Source: Vampirovibrionaceae bacterium NZW_1234 (GTDB lineage: Bacteria; Cyanobacteriota; Vampirovibrionia; Vampirovibrionales; JAGQHJ01). From it: a DNA stretch of 60,982 nucleotides. Shown piece after piece: positions 10,855 through 20,935 of the stretch (positions within the stretch are counted from its first letter, which is position 1; each line of letters starts with the position of its first letter). The notes under the pieces are model-generated. The model ran no database searches, had not been told where the DNA came from, and saw nothing but the letters and a program-made list of their open reading frames with translations. The stretch spans positions 1-60,982 of the forward strand of contig JBGUGD010000019.1 of NCBI GenBank assembly GCA_041697335.1. The letters run 5' to 3'. A program made the translations under genes and the position numbers.

Positions 10855-12474
10855 CTAAATGGGGTTATTGGGGGATGGGTGTTGGCCTTTGGAAGACAAG
10901 GGCTGTCGGCGGAAGAGAATCACTTTGTTGTCTTCATAAATCTTCTGATACTGGGGTAGCTCATTTAACAAGATAGGCAGTGGGTAATTTTTTGAAAGGA
11001 GAACAAGCGTGATGCCCCATTTCTCCATAAAGGGTTCGGTTTCCTTTACCAAAAGTGTCACATTGCGCACGCTTTGGGTGAAGGTTTGTTGATAAAAATC
11101 AAAGCGGGTGTCAAAAAAGATTTTTTCTCGAGAGGAGGCTAAGAGGAGGCAACTGCCAATTTCCGGATCCATGAAAGGTTTATCGTCAACACGTTTTACC
11201 TTCAGATAGGCCTGGATGCCTTTCATTACAGGATCGCACACACCATATTGCGTGGGCAGTTTGTGGGCCGGCCACACCAGTAGGCCGATGCTGGCCAAAC
11301 TGATTAATAGGAAAAACAGGGGTTTGTAAATGTTAAATCCTTCGACAAAGGGATGAGCTTCTTTTGTGGGAGAGTCCCAGTAGGTTTTCCAAAATTGGTA
11401 GAGCGCTTTGGGCAAAATCAATGCATACAGCAGAGCACTCCAAACGACAAATCGTTGCACCAGAAGGGTCGCTAGGGTAAACAAGAGTAGATGCGCTCTT
11501 TCAGCACCTGAGAAAACTCGGTTGCCCTGAGTCATAAGTCCCATGATAACCACGATGAAACCAGCCAGATACCAGTAATTCATCATGTGAAAATTGGGCG
11601 ATTGCAGTTCGATGATGACGCTGTTCAGATAGTGTTGTGAGGCCAGTTCTGCCAGATATTGATATATCCCGATACCATAGGGGTTTAGTAGGCTCCCCAT
11701 AAAGCCAATGCCGATCATCAGGCCATAGTGACGCCATGGTTTTGGGCTTCCCTCAATAGTATGATCACTGGGCTGAACATCTTTTAGATTCTGTCGTTGC
11801 CATAGATCACCAAAAACCCAGGCGATTAACGAGAGAAAACCAATGGTTACGCCCGTGTGCATATTTCCCCAAAGTGCGTACAAAACAAAAAGCGCAATGA
11901 ACAGGCGTTTAAGTGAATATTTTCCGAGACGATACCCATCAATCAGCAGGTATTGGAAGGCTAAACATCCTGTCGTTGCAATCATGGGGCGTAGGCTTGT
12001 GTTCACAGCTGAAAGATACAGCGCGCTGGAACTGATCAACAGGAGAAAGACTGCTGGAATACCGCGTTTTTGGCCATGTAGGTAAGGTAAGATGACATAA
12101 AGCCCAACCATCAGCACAATAAACAGACGAAAGCTCATCGAGTGGCCAAGCGTGTTGTAAATAAACGCATAGCCTACTTCAAAGAGCCATTGATAAACGG
12201 TCCACGCTTTGTCAGGAAAGGTCCATGAAAAAATATCATGGGTTGGAATATGACCATGTTCCAGAATGTATTGCCCTGTGCGAAGTAACCAGGGATTGTC
12301 CGGCGTAAATCCGAAGAAAAGCATGGATTTGCCAAACATGGCAATATTGCCCAGGATGAGGGCAAAGCAAATCATACGCACAAGGGTCCAACCTATCTCA
12401 CCCCAAATAGACCGCCCCATTATTGCGGTGCTATGGGGGGCAAGCTGTGTCGGGCTTTGGTCCGGTGAAGTCAT
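10855..12474 (-). CDS. Polytopic membrane protein, GT-C-like glycosyltransferase candidate (paralog 2)
   Basis: Same motif set as paralog 1 (PDNPW..TG, DIFSWT, WGNMHTG, NPYG, FFDTRFDFY); start chosen at MTSPD. Confidence 0.7.
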   Translation of the reverse strand: MTSPDQSPTQLAPHSTAIMGRSIWGEIGWTLVRMICFALILGNIAMFGKSMLFFGFTPDNPWLLRTGQYILEHGHIPTHDIFSWTFPDKAWTVYQWLFEVGYAFIYNTLGHSMSFRLFIVLMVGLYVILPYLHGQKRGIPAVFLLLISSSALYLSAVNTSLRPMIATTGCLAFQYLLIDGYRLGKYSLKRLFIALFVLYALWGNMHTGVTIGFLSLIAWVFGDLWQRQNLKDVQPSDHTIEGSPKPWRHYGLMIGIGFMGSLLNPYGIGIYQYLAELASQHYLNSVIIELQSPNFHMMNYWYLAGFIVVIMGLMTQGNRVFSGAERAHLLLFTLATLLVQRFVVWSALLYALILPKALYQFWKTYWDSPTKEAHPFVEGFNIYKPLFFLLISLASIGLLVWPAHKLPTQYGVCDPVMKGIQAYLKVKRVDDKPFMDPEIGSCLLLASSREKIFFDTRFDFYQQTFTQSVRNVTLLVKETEPFMEKWGITLVLLSKNYPLPILLNELPQYQKIYEDNKVILFRRQPLSSKGQHPSPNNPI

Positions 12475-12713
12475 AGGGAGTCCGGTTTGTCTTTGGTTCA
12501 ATGATAACGAGGCTTTTAAGTAGCTGTATCCACTATTCAGAGGACATTCTCGCATCCAGGAAGGGGGGTGGTAAAAGTGACTATTGATGAACAAGTAACT
12601 ATAAATTTTTTATGAATGAAACCGGGCCTGAAAACCATCGGGTGCTAGAATCAAACCTAAGCGAACAAGAGCGATGAACAACAGATTAATACTGGCGAAT
12701 GGGAGAAGGTTTG

Positions 12714-13202
12714 ATGTTACGTGTCGGGATGCCGTTGAATACCCCCTATTTACCTCAAAAATCAAATAGACCCGATGAAGAAGAACTCAGGCAGGCCAAG
12801 GCCAAGCGTAAACAGCAGTATCAAGCGCGTTTGGCTCATGTCATTGCCCATGAAAATGCTCATGCCGCTGCAGGTGGGCGCTTTGCAGGGGCACCTGTGA
12901 TTGAAGCCGATGAAACGTCCGGCCATGTCTCAGGTCATGTGCCCATCCGAATGGATTTTGGCAAAACATCAAAGGATGCCCTGAGTAACGCACGCATTAT
13001 TTTTGGCGCTGCAACCGCTGTCTCTGATATGTCTGCAGCTGACTCGGCTGTTGCCGCAGCAGCCTTAAGTATTGGTTACAGCTTGGCCGCCAGTCGAAAA
13101 ATTCAAGAGGAGGCAGCCGAACGGAATGCGCACTCATCTGTTCGGTTCGCCTCCCAGCAGGGGCCTTTTCAGGCGCCAAAACACAATCCGTTTGCCCATT
13201 AA
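12714..13202 (+). CDS. SrpA-related putative metalloprotease-like protein
   Basis: AHENAHAAAGG (HExxH), GHVPI and MSAADSAVAAAA match the SrpA-related pattern; RBS ggagaagg precedes 12714. Confidence 0.65.
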   Translation: MLRVGMPLNTPYLPQKSNRPDEEELRQAKAKRKQQYQARLAHVIAHENAHAAAGGRFAGAPVIEADETSGHVSGHVPIRMDFGKTSKDALSNARIIFGAATAVSDMSAADSAVAAAALSIGYSLAASRKIQEEAAERNAHSSVRFASQQGPFQAPKHNPFAH

Positions 13203-13266
13203 GGGCGCATTCGCTAAACCGCAGATTTAATGCATACTCCCTAGTTCACTCCCCCTCTCTCTGCAG

Positions 13267-13390
13267 GTCGATGCAATACACCTCTTCGCATATAGACTTT
13301 CCGTTGATCTTGGGGCAATCCGAGAGGCAACACGAATGGGTGTGGAAGGACTTTCGTGATGAACCGTATTGCATCGACTTTTTCTTTTTG
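13267..13390 (+). ncRNA. Candidate structured non-coding RNA
   Basis: Perfect 13-bp closing stem 13267-79/13366-78, nested stems, a GCAA tetraloop hairpin at 13308-25 and a 3' U-tract; G-U pairs favour the + strand. Confidence 0.55.
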
Positions 13391-13410
13391 CAGGGTTTCT
13401 TTTAGGAGTT

Positions 13411-14844
13411 TTACTCGGAAATTTCAGTGAATGATGAACGTCGCTGCTGTAAAATCATTTCGCCCGAAGAATCGGGGGGAATCAGATAATTTAAAAGGTC
13501 TGCTGCTGTTTCATTGGCGTGGGTTACACAGTCATTGAGTGACACGCCTTTAAGATAATTGCCTGTAGCAAATAATCCGGGGCTTTGTCGTAAGGCGCCT
13601 TCAATATGACGAACCCTATCCAGATGACCGACTGTGTATTGCGGGATGGCTTCAAAATAGCGGGATACCTGAACCATGGTTGGTTGCAATGATTCTTTCG
13701 GCTGGCCAAAGCTCAAAGCCAGGTCCCGAAGTGTCACGTCGGTTAATTTTTCATCTTCCCAATCAACAATATCGGGCCGGGTTGCACCACCCAGCATGCA
13801 GGTGAGGAGGGCTTGCCCCTGTGGTGCTCGATTGGGGAAGAGGCTACTGGACCAAATACTTCCCAAAAGGTCCAGACCACTTTGTTTGGGGGCTAGAAAC
13901 CCAAAGCCATCCAGTGGATGACGAATTTGTGTGTGTGGTAGTCCCATATGTACCACGGTCAGGGTTGCATAGGGAATGGCTTCCAAAGCCGGAGAAGCAT
14001 CAGGGACGAGTCCAAAGAGCAATTGCGCCGTGGTTTTGGCGGGGGTTGCCAGAAGTATTGCTCTAGCAAGTAGAGTTTCGCCATGTTCCAGCTGAACGTG
14101 ATAGGTGTCATGAACCCGCTCGATACGTTGAACCGAAACTCCCAGACGGATTTGATTGTTGGGGATGCTCTCAGATAGCCCTTGGATCAGGCGCTGCATA
14201 CCGCCATCCAGACTCAATAGCTGGTATTTGGGTTTTCTTCCGGTGCGCTTATTATCCTTACGGCTTGCCATTAAGCCTTTGACGATGCTACCGCTTCGCT
14301 GCTCCCAATGGGCCAGTTTGGGAAAGACGGCTTGGAGGCTCAAGGTTTCAGGATCTCCCGCATACACGCCAGATAGAAAAGGGGCCATAAGATTGTCCAA
14401 AGCCTTCTCCCCTAAGCGCCGACGTGTAAAGTCTGCCACGGTTTCGTCATTGCTGACGGGGTGCGAGCGGAGCCAAGGCTCCTGCATCATCCGAAGTTTT
14501 GCGCCTATGGGTAGCACCGGTGAAGCTAAAAAAGAAAGTGGGTCCGTGGGTAAGGCTGTCAGCTTTTCGTTGAGATAGAGATAGCGCTTTTTAGCCAGCG
14601 GTGCTGTTGGCTCAAGCGGAAGATTCAGTTCCTGACAGAGATCCATCAAGGCCTGGCCTCGGCTGTGCATTGTATTGGGGCCCAATTCCAGCATAAACCC
14701 TTCGTGATTCCGGGTTTGGATCTTGCCACCCAGATAGGGCTCTCTTTCCACCAGGGTTGTTGATAAACCTGCTTTGTGGAGGCGGTGCGCTGCCGTCAAT
14801 CCACAGATGCCACCTCCTATGACGACAACATCAATGGGATGCAA
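13411..14844 (-). CDS. hemY: Protoporphyrinogen/coproporphyrinogen oxidase (HemY-type FAD enzyme)
   Basis: GGGICGLTAA Rossmann motif, ELGPN, GVYAGDP, GFGFLAP, AIPQYTVGH, GVSLNDC. Confidence 0.93.
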   Translation of the reverse strand: MHPIDVVVIGGGICGLTAAHRLHKAGLSTTLVEREPYLGGKIQTRNHEGFMLELGPNTMHSRGQALMDLCQELNLPLEPTAPLAKKRYLYLNEKLTALPTDPLSFLASPVLPIGAKLRMMQEPWLRSHPVSNDETVADFTRRRLGEKALDNLMAPFLSGVYAGDPETLSLQAVFPKLAHWEQRSGSIVKGLMASRKDNKRTGRKPKYQLLSLDGGMQRLIQGLSESIPNNQIRLGVSVQRIERVHDTYHVQLEHGETLLARAILLATPAKTTAQLLFGLVPDASPALEAIPYATLTVVHMGLPHTQIRHPLDGFGFLAPKQSGLDLLGSIWSSSLFPNRAPQGQALLTCMLGGATRPDIVDWEDEKLTDVTLRDLALSFGQPKESLQPTMVQVSRYFEAIPQYTVGHLDRVRHIEGALRQSPGLFATGNYLKGVSLNDCVTHANETAADLLNYLIPPDSSGEMILQQRRSSFTEISE

Positions 14845-15856
14845 CGGCGACTCCTTTGTGATTATCCGGAATGTGCTGCTGAATCTGCTGTTTCACTAAA
14901 TCTGCCAAGGCCGCAATGTATTGCGGGTGAGTGTTGACTGTTTGAGCCCGTTTAAAGTTGGTGATACCCACTTCCTGGGCTAATTCGCCGTAGAGGATGT
15001 CAATCTCGTATAAGGTCTCCAGGTGTTCGGAAACAAAGCTGATCGGGACAACGGCGACATCTTTGATGCCCTCTTTTGCCATTTCTTCAATGACTTCTTC
15101 CGTAGAGGGGCTGAGCCAGGGAATGGGGCCCACTTTACTCTGGAAGGACAGACGCCAAGGGTTTTGGGGGAATGCGTGAGACATCACCAGGCGAATGGTT
15201 TCGTCAATATGCTGTGGGTACGGATCGCCTGTTTTTTTCACGTGACTCTCCGGCAGGCTATGCGCGCTAAAGAGGATGGTAACTTTCTCTTTTGGGCAGG
15301 TCCAGGACGTGTTGTCCATAACTTCTCGAATGGTATCGACAAATGCCGCTTGATAGCCGGGGTGATCATAATAGGCAGGCATTTCCAGAAGTGGCAAATT
15401 GATTTTGTGATTTTTCATCACTTTTTTCAGTTCATTTACGCTGGAGCCCGTTGTAGTGTAAGAGAACTGTGGGTATAAAGGAACGGTAATCAGGTATTCC
15501 ACGCCATCACGCACGGCTCGCTCCAGGGCATCATGGGTAAAGGGATGCCAGTAGCGCATAGCGATATAGGCTTTTACATTGAAGCCTTCGGCTTTCAAGA
15601 GGGATTCCAAGGCATCGGCTTGCGCTTGGGTGTAAGTCATAATGGGAGAGCCACCGCCAATTTTGGCATAGTATGTCGCCACCGACTTATGCCGTGCTGA
15701 TGAAATGAGCTTGGCCAAGGGTTTTTGAAGAAAACGCAAACCAAACAGTGAAATAATGTCCGGGTCAGAGAACAGGTTGTATAAGAAAGGCTGGACCGCT
15801 TTCTGAGAGTCTGGGCCACCCAGGTTTAACAACATTAGTCCGATTTTCGGGGTCAT
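14831..15856 (-). CDS. hemH: Ferrochelatase
   Basis: LLNLGGPD, MRYWHPF, LYPQFS, FSAHSLP, FVSEHLETLYEID. Confidence 0.97.
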   Translation of the reverse strand: MTPKIGLMLLNLGGPDSQKAVQPFLYNLFSDPDIISLFGLRFLQKPLAKLISSARHKSVATYYAKIGGGSPIMTYTQAQADALESLLKAEGFNVKAYIAMRYWHPFTHDALERAVRDGVEYLITVPLYPQFSYTTTGSSVNELKKVMKNHKINLPLLEMPAYYDHPGYQAAFVDTIREVMDNTSWTCPKEKVTILFSAHSLPESHVKKTGDPYPQHIDETIRLVMSHAFPQNPWRLSFQSKVGPIPWLSPSTEEVIEEMAKEGIKDVAVVPISFVSEHLETLYEIDILYGELAQEVGITNFKRAQTVNTHPQYIAALADLVKQQIQQHIPDNHKGVAVASH

Positions 15857-15888
15857 GAGTTCGCTCCTTAAGCCTTGCGTATATTAAC

Positions 15889-17298
15889 CTATAACGTTTT
15901 GGAGAATGTCGGTTTCTCAGGGGCAGTCTTGGGGAGATGGGCATCAAACAACATGGCGATGTTGCGGCTGAAGATTCGCCCCAATGGGGTCAGAACAAAT
16001 CCATCAGGGACTTGATTTAAGAGTTGATCAGCTTCAAAGCCGTCGAGTTGTTCCAGTGCGTCCTTAAAGTAGTGAGAGAATTCGATATCGTAGCAATTCT
16101 CGATCTCCCGATAATGGACCGAACCCCGGCAGAGGATGGAATTAATCACATCACGCCGTAAGACATCATCATCTGTAAGGCTGTACCCTCGCATGGTGGG
16201 CAGAATACCTTGCTCTATGGCTTCATAATAGTGTGCCAGCTTTCGCTGATTTTGGGCATAGTGACGGGTCAGGCCACTTATGGCACTGACGCCGGCGCCA
16301 TAGAGTTCGCTTCCGCCTTTGGTCGTAAATCCCATAAAATTCCGGTGCAGGGTGCCTTCGTCATACGCATGCACCAACTCATCGGTTGGCTTGGCAAAAT
16401 GATCCATGCCGATGTAGAGATAGCCGGCCTGGGTCAACATTTCTAAGGCAGTGGTGAAAATTTTAAATTTTTCGGTCCCTGGTGGCATGGTAGCTTCGTC
16501 AATCGCATTCTGATGCGGGCTTATCCAGGGAACATAGGCAAAATTGTACAAGGCAATGCGATCTGGCGATAGGCGAATCACTTCCTGCAGGGTGGTTTTA
16601 AATGAGTCAACCGTTTGATGTGGCAAGCCGTATATCAAATCAAAATTGACACTGTCAAATTGTAGCTCCCGGCATTGTTTAACCATCGCTTCAGTAAGAT
16701 CCACCGGTTGAATCCGATGAACGGCTTCCTGGACTTTGGCATCAAAATCCTGGACCCCCATACTGATGCGGTTAAAGCCCAGTGCTTTGAGCAGATCAAT
16801 TTGCTCGGCTGTGGTGACCCGGGGATCGACTTCGATGCCGATTTCAGCATCCGGGGCAAAATTAAACCGCTCAGTAAGGTGTTGAAATACCCGGCGCAAC
16901 TGCTCAGGACTGAGATAAGTCGGAGTACCACCACCAAAATGGAACTGGACCACCTGATGGTCCTTATTCAGGAGCTGATGACTCATATCCAACTCTTTGA
17001 AGAGATAGCCCAGATATTTCTCGGCCTGATCTTTTTGCTGGGTAATGACAACATTGCAGCTGCAAAACAGGCATCGCTCCATACAGAAAGGCAGGTGGAC
17101 ATAGAGTGACAGCGGAAAGGGGGTGGGGCGATTCTGATGGACAGAACTTAGGGCCGCCTTAAACTCGTTGGGCCCCACGGAATCTTTCCATACGGGAACA
17201 GTCGGGTAGCTTGTATAACGGGGGCCACTGGTGTTGTATTTTTCCAACAGTGCCTCAGAGACATTGCCGGGTGCCAGGGACACGGTAGACAGAGACAT
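15889..17298 (-). CDS. hemN: Oxygen-independent coproporphyrinogen III oxidase
   Basis: GPRYTSYPT, radical SAM motif CMERCLFC, GGGTPT, IGMDHFA, LHRNFMG. Confidence 0.96.
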   Translation of the reverse strand: MSLSTVSLAPGNVSEALLEKYNTSGPRYTSYPTVPVWKDSVGPNEFKAALSSVHQNRPTPFPLSLYVHLPFCMERCLFCSCNVVITQQKDQAEKYLGYLFKELDMSHQLLNKDHQVVQFHFGGGTPTYLSPEQLRRVFQHLTERFNFAPDAEIGIEVDPRVTTAEQIDLLKALGFNRISMGVQDFDAKVQEAVHRIQPVDLTEAMVKQCRELQFDSVNFDLIYGLPHQTVDSFKTTLQEVIRLSPDRIALYNFAYVPWISPHQNAIDEATMPPGTEKFKIFTTALEMLTQAGYLYIGMDHFAKPTDELVHAYDEGTLHRNFMGFTTKGGSELYGAGVSAISGLTRHYAQNQRKLAHYYEAIEQGILPTMRGYSLTDDDVLRRDVINSILCRGSVHYREIENCYDIEFSHYFKDALEQLDGFEADQLLNQVPDGFVLTPLGRIFSRNIAMLFDAHLPKTAPEKPTFSKTL

Positions 17299-17315
17299 AA
17301 TGGCTAGCTCTCCTG

Positions 17316-18395
17316 TTACGGGGTTGCAAGGGCCAGTGAGGTAGCTTTAATGGTATCAACGACACGTTTGACGTTTTCAACCGGGGTTTGTGGAATGATG
17401 CCATGGCTCAAATTAAAAATATAGCCTTGATTTCCACCTTCCTTGACCATGGCTTGAACGTTCCGGATCAGAACGTCTGGCTTGGCGAAGAGCATGTTGA
17501 AATCCAGATTCCCTTGTAAAGCCACATTTTGACCTAATCGCTGACGAGCCTGAGCGATTGTAGTCAGGCCATCAAGGCTGATGACATCGGCCCCGGTTTG
17601 CGGCAGGTATTCCAGCACATGGCTGGAGCCTTTGACATACAGAATAACCGGCGTCACCTCCCGGTTTAACCCGGCGATGACTTGTTGTTGGTAGGGATGC
17701 ACGAATTCCCGATATAGAGGCTCCGGCAACAACCCGCCCCACGTGTCAAAAAGCTGAACTACCTGGGCGCCTGCCTCGATTTGTGCATTCAGGTAAAGGA
17801 TCACGGTCTTCGCGATTTTATCCAACAAAACGTGCAAGGCTTCGGGCTCATTGTAGAGCATCGTCATAATATCCGTATGATTTCTGGATGTTCCGCCTTC
17901 CACCATATACGTGGCCAAAGTCCATGGGGCTCCAGCAAAACCGATAAGACCGACTTTTGGATATACCGACAAGGCTTGGCGTAATGTGCGTAAAACCTGC
18001 ATGACAAAGCCCGTCTTTTCTTCGGGGTCCGGAATGCAGAGCGCGTCAATTTGCGCCCGGGTGCGAAGCGGTGTGGGCAGATGAGGCCCTTTTTCATTGA
18101 ATTCCAACGTCATCCCCATGGCTTCGACCGGAACCAGAATGTCTGAGAACATAATCACGGCATCCATCCCAAAAGCCGTCAGAGGCTGTAAGGAGACTTC
18201 TGCGGCCAAGTCCGGGGTCTTGCACATGGTCAGAAAATCGGCTTTTTCTCGAATGGCTCGATATTCGGGCATATAGCGGCCAGCCTGGCGCATCATCCAA
18301 ACAGGAGGGCGATCGAGGTGTTCTCTACGGCAAGCCCGCACAATCCTGGGGACGAGCGGGGTAACATCAGACGGAGTGGCGTTCATCATGGACAC
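17316..18395 (-). CDS. hemE: Uroporphyrinogen decarboxylase
   Basis: PPVWMMRQAGRYMPEY, FSDIL, IGFAGAPWTLATY, NLSHGI. Confidence 0.97.
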   Translation of the reverse strand: MSMMNATPSDVTPLVPRIVRACRREHLDRPPVWMMRQAGRYMPEYRAIREKADFLTMCKTPDLAAEVSLQPLTAFGMDAVIMFSDILVPVEAMGMTLEFNEKGPHLPTPLRTRAQIDALCIPDPEEKTGFVMQVLRTLRQALSVYPKVGLIGFAGAPWTLATYMVEGGTSRNHTDIMTMLYNEPEALHVLLDKIAKTVILYLNAQIEAGAQVVQLFDTWGGLLPEPLYREFVHPYQQQVIAGLNREVTPVILYVKGSSHVLEYLPQTGADVISLDGLTTIAQARQRLGQNVALQGNLDFNMLFAKPDVLIRNVQAMVKEGGNQGYIFNLSHGIIPQTPVENVKRVVDTIKATSLALATP

Positions 18396-18949
18396 AATCT
18401 CAGCGGTTTTAATACATCAAAGGCAGCGAGGCCATCACAGGGTCTAGCAGAGGCGACCCGTTGGGGTCCTCAATTGACCTAACCAATGCTAGCACAAACA
18501 CGCATTTATTTCGGGCTTCCTGTCAAACCGGTAAAAAATCAAAGAGGGCCGGTTTAAAACTCCTCCAGCCTTGGGAGGCGTTCAAGCGATTGTGGATGTA
18601 ATATGTATATAATTGTAACGAGAACGCAATTTTGGAGGCGTTGTTGTTTTTATTCTATTACTGGGTAGTGTTTTTAGGAGATGACAGGTATGTTCATGGA
18701 GTTTGACAAACAGCGCCATTCCAAAAGCCGAAATGGTAAGGCCAATGCAAATCATCTAAAAGCATTACTGGCACAGAAACAAGAGGCTCGCCGTATTTTT
18801 GGGCAATACACCCCTTCCTGGCAGTCCTTGCAAACCCTATTTTTAGAGGATCTCATTTTATCCTAGCTCCGAGATAAAATAGGATGACGATTTAGTTCGT
18901 TTCGGATACAATTGATCCTACCGCTATTGTTGATTTATCGAAAGTTAAT

Positions 18950-19630
18950 ATGACTTCCCCTTCCGCCAATACGCCAGAACAGCCGAAAAAACGGACAGTT
19001 CACGATTATGTCGAATTGATCGAGACGGTTGCTCGTGTGGAATATAGCCGACTACCCAATCACTTGATTGACTACAGTGAGCTTGTAAATATTGGTGCTA
19101 TTGCGGTTCACGTCTTGCTGACGCAAAACCCGGATACGGAATATAACGTGACATACCTCTCGACCGCCATCAAGTGGGCGGTTCGTAACGAATTGCGGTA
19201 TCGCTATAAATGGTATTCCTTAAAACAAACCACCACGGAAGAAACCGAAGAATCCACCAGCACCCAAAGTGCTGAAGGAGGCGAAGGCGGTGACTTTGAA
19301 GTTGCCAAAGAACAGGTCCGTGAAGCGGTATATGAGACGATTTTGTCGGCTGATGCGATGCAGGAAGCCGAAAATCCGATGGAGTTGAAAGACGACTCCC
19401 ACACGCCAGAGGAAAATGCCGAACTCACGGAGATGGCGAAAGTGGTTCGTGAGTCCATTTCCAAGTTGCCGCCTCGTGAGCGTCAGATTTTGGAAGCCCG
19501 GTTCTATAAAAATATGAAAATGCGCGAGATTGGTGAAATCTACAATATTTCCCCATCTCGAATTTCTCGTATCCTGCAGTCTGGCTTAAACAAGGTCAAG
19601 CGTGACTTGCAACGCCGAGGTTACGCTTAA
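18950..19630 (+). CDS. Sigma-70 family factor, FliA/WhiG-like
   Basis: Region 2-like segment (ELVNIG...TYLSTAIKWAVRNELR) and region 4 HTH (LPPRERQIL...MREIGEIYNISPSRISRI). Confidence 0.88.
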   Translation: MTSPSANTPEQPKKRTVHDYVELIETVARVEYSRLPNHLIDYSELVNIGAIAVHVLLTQNPDTEYNVTYLSTAIKWAVRNELRYRYKWYSLKQTTTEETEESTSTQSAEGGEGGDFEVAKEQVREAVYETILSADAMQEAENPMELKDDSHTPEENAELTEMAKVVRESISKLPPRERQILEARFYKNMKMREIGEIYNISPSRISRILQSGLNKVKRDLQRRGYA

Positions 19631-19655
19631 ATCCTGTGCCATCTAATATAGATTG

Positions 19656-19689
19656 AACAACGGCTCCCATTATCATGGGAGCCGTTGTT
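19656..19689. terminator. Bidirectional terminator
   Basis: Perfect 15-bp stem aacaacggctcccat-tatc-atgggagccgttgtt between convergent genes. Confidence 0.85.
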
Positions 19690-19710
19690 GTTTGCATTCT
19701 CAGAGGCCGA

Positions 19711-20166
19711 CTATCGGTTTAAAGTCCTAACGGCGTGTTTGATGCGTCCCAAGCGATCCTGTAAGCTCATCCGAAGCAGATTTTCCTGATCAGAGTCGAA
19801 CATCAGCTTTAGTCGTTGCATGATATTGGGGCTGTCCAGCTTTAATTTGCGATGAAACTTAATGGATAATGCATTTTTGGCCCCGTAAAGTAAAATGTTT
19901 TGAGGCTCAGCCTGGTATTGATCGGCAAGTTTTTCAGCCAATGCAGCACTGACCAGGTTATTGTTCTTGTCATGGCAGAACAGCTCGATGCCATCAGCAT
20001 GGTTAAACGCAATAATGTCGGGTTGTGATTCTGTCCGAAATCCTCGCTTTTGGATAGCACGCTGGGCATTTTCAATGATCATGCCTGCAATCACGCCACT
20101 GGTGGGAGAGCCGGAGCGAAACTGCAATGAATAGTAACCCTGAAACCTTGGGCGACACGAAATCAT
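19711..20166 (-). CDS. Hypothetical protein with an N-terminal PRFQG leader
   Basis: RBS aaggag, 151-aa ORF ending at the shared terminator. Confidence 0.7.
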   Translation of the reverse strand: MISCRPRFQGYYSLQFRSGSPTSGVIAGMIIENAQRAIQKRGFRTESQPDIIAFNHADGIELFCHDKNNNLVSAALAEKLADQYQAEPQNILLYGAKNALSIKFHRKLKLDSPNIMQRLKLMFDSDQENLLRMSLQDRLGRIKHAVRTLNR

Positions 20167-20270
20167 AGGTGGTCTTCTCCTTCGATAGATTCATATGTTG
20201 GGTGGGACTCCTCAATGAACTCGAAGGACAAACCGAAATTGCGTATTTCAAATTTTATGAGAATTCAGGT

Positions 20271-20918
20271 TTAATGGGCACCAGGATTGTTGTTGTTGTA
20301 ATAGGGTGAATGCAGATAATTAAGACGCTCTTCCTGCTCTTCCCCGGTTACCACACGTTTAAACTTGTGCAGGGTGTAAAGTCCCAAGGCACCTAATGCC
20401 GTAAGGGCCATAATCCCCTTTGCCCCCCCCACGTTGGGGAGGCGTAAAAGCGGCCTAAGTCCCGGCCAAGCGCCTCGAATCAGCTCGCCCATGGCACCAA
20501 ATATTTGTCCGCCAACAAGACGAACGCCACTAAACAATCCAGATAGTCCACGGAAGGCTGTACTCAGGACGCCTCCAATACTTAGGTTGAACCCGTAGGT
20601 TAAGCCGATTCCCATCAAGCCAAGGGGAATCATATTATCCCAAAGCATGCTTCCAAATTGCCTCAGGTGAATTAAGGGGCGACGGATGAAGTGGAAATTG
20701 CTTTTATTGAACAGCCAATGGTTCCAGGTGTTGAGCGTATCGTGTCCGGATCCGCCATCACCCATATGCTCCAAGGCTTCCGAAAGATGGTCCTCTTCAA
20801 CCATTTGCGTTTCTTTTAGATTGGCATAGGCGCGGTGAAAATTCGCCTGATCGCCAACCAGGAACTTATACCCTAAAAAGGCGGTTGCTATTCCAGCTAA
20901 GGGACGAACCCAACTCAT
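20271..20918 (-). CDS. Hypothetical membrane protein
   Basis: Gly-rich hydrophobic helices; follows the upstream gene by 17 bp. Confidence 0.7.
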   Translation of the reverse strand: MSWVRPLAGIATAFLGYKFLVGDQANFHRAYANLKETQMVEEDHLSEALEHMGDGGSGHDTLNTWNHWLFNKSNFHFIRRPLIHLRQFGSMLWDNMIPLGLMGIGLTYGFNLSIGGVLSTAFRGLSGLFSGVRLVGGQIFGAMGELIRGAWPGLRPLLRLPNVGGAKGIMALTALGALGLYTLHKFKRVVTGEEQEERLNYLHSPYYNNNNPGAH

Positions 20919-20935
20919 GACTTACTTCCCTCCGC

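Noticed and set aside
13267..13378. Retron msr/msd (a1/a2-like inverted repeats)
   Set aside because: No reverse transcriptase anywhere in the window
18681..18866. 61-aa ORF upstream of the sigma factor
   Set aside because: Has an RBS-like aggag but no recognisable features and overlaps the likely sigma promoter region; left uncalled
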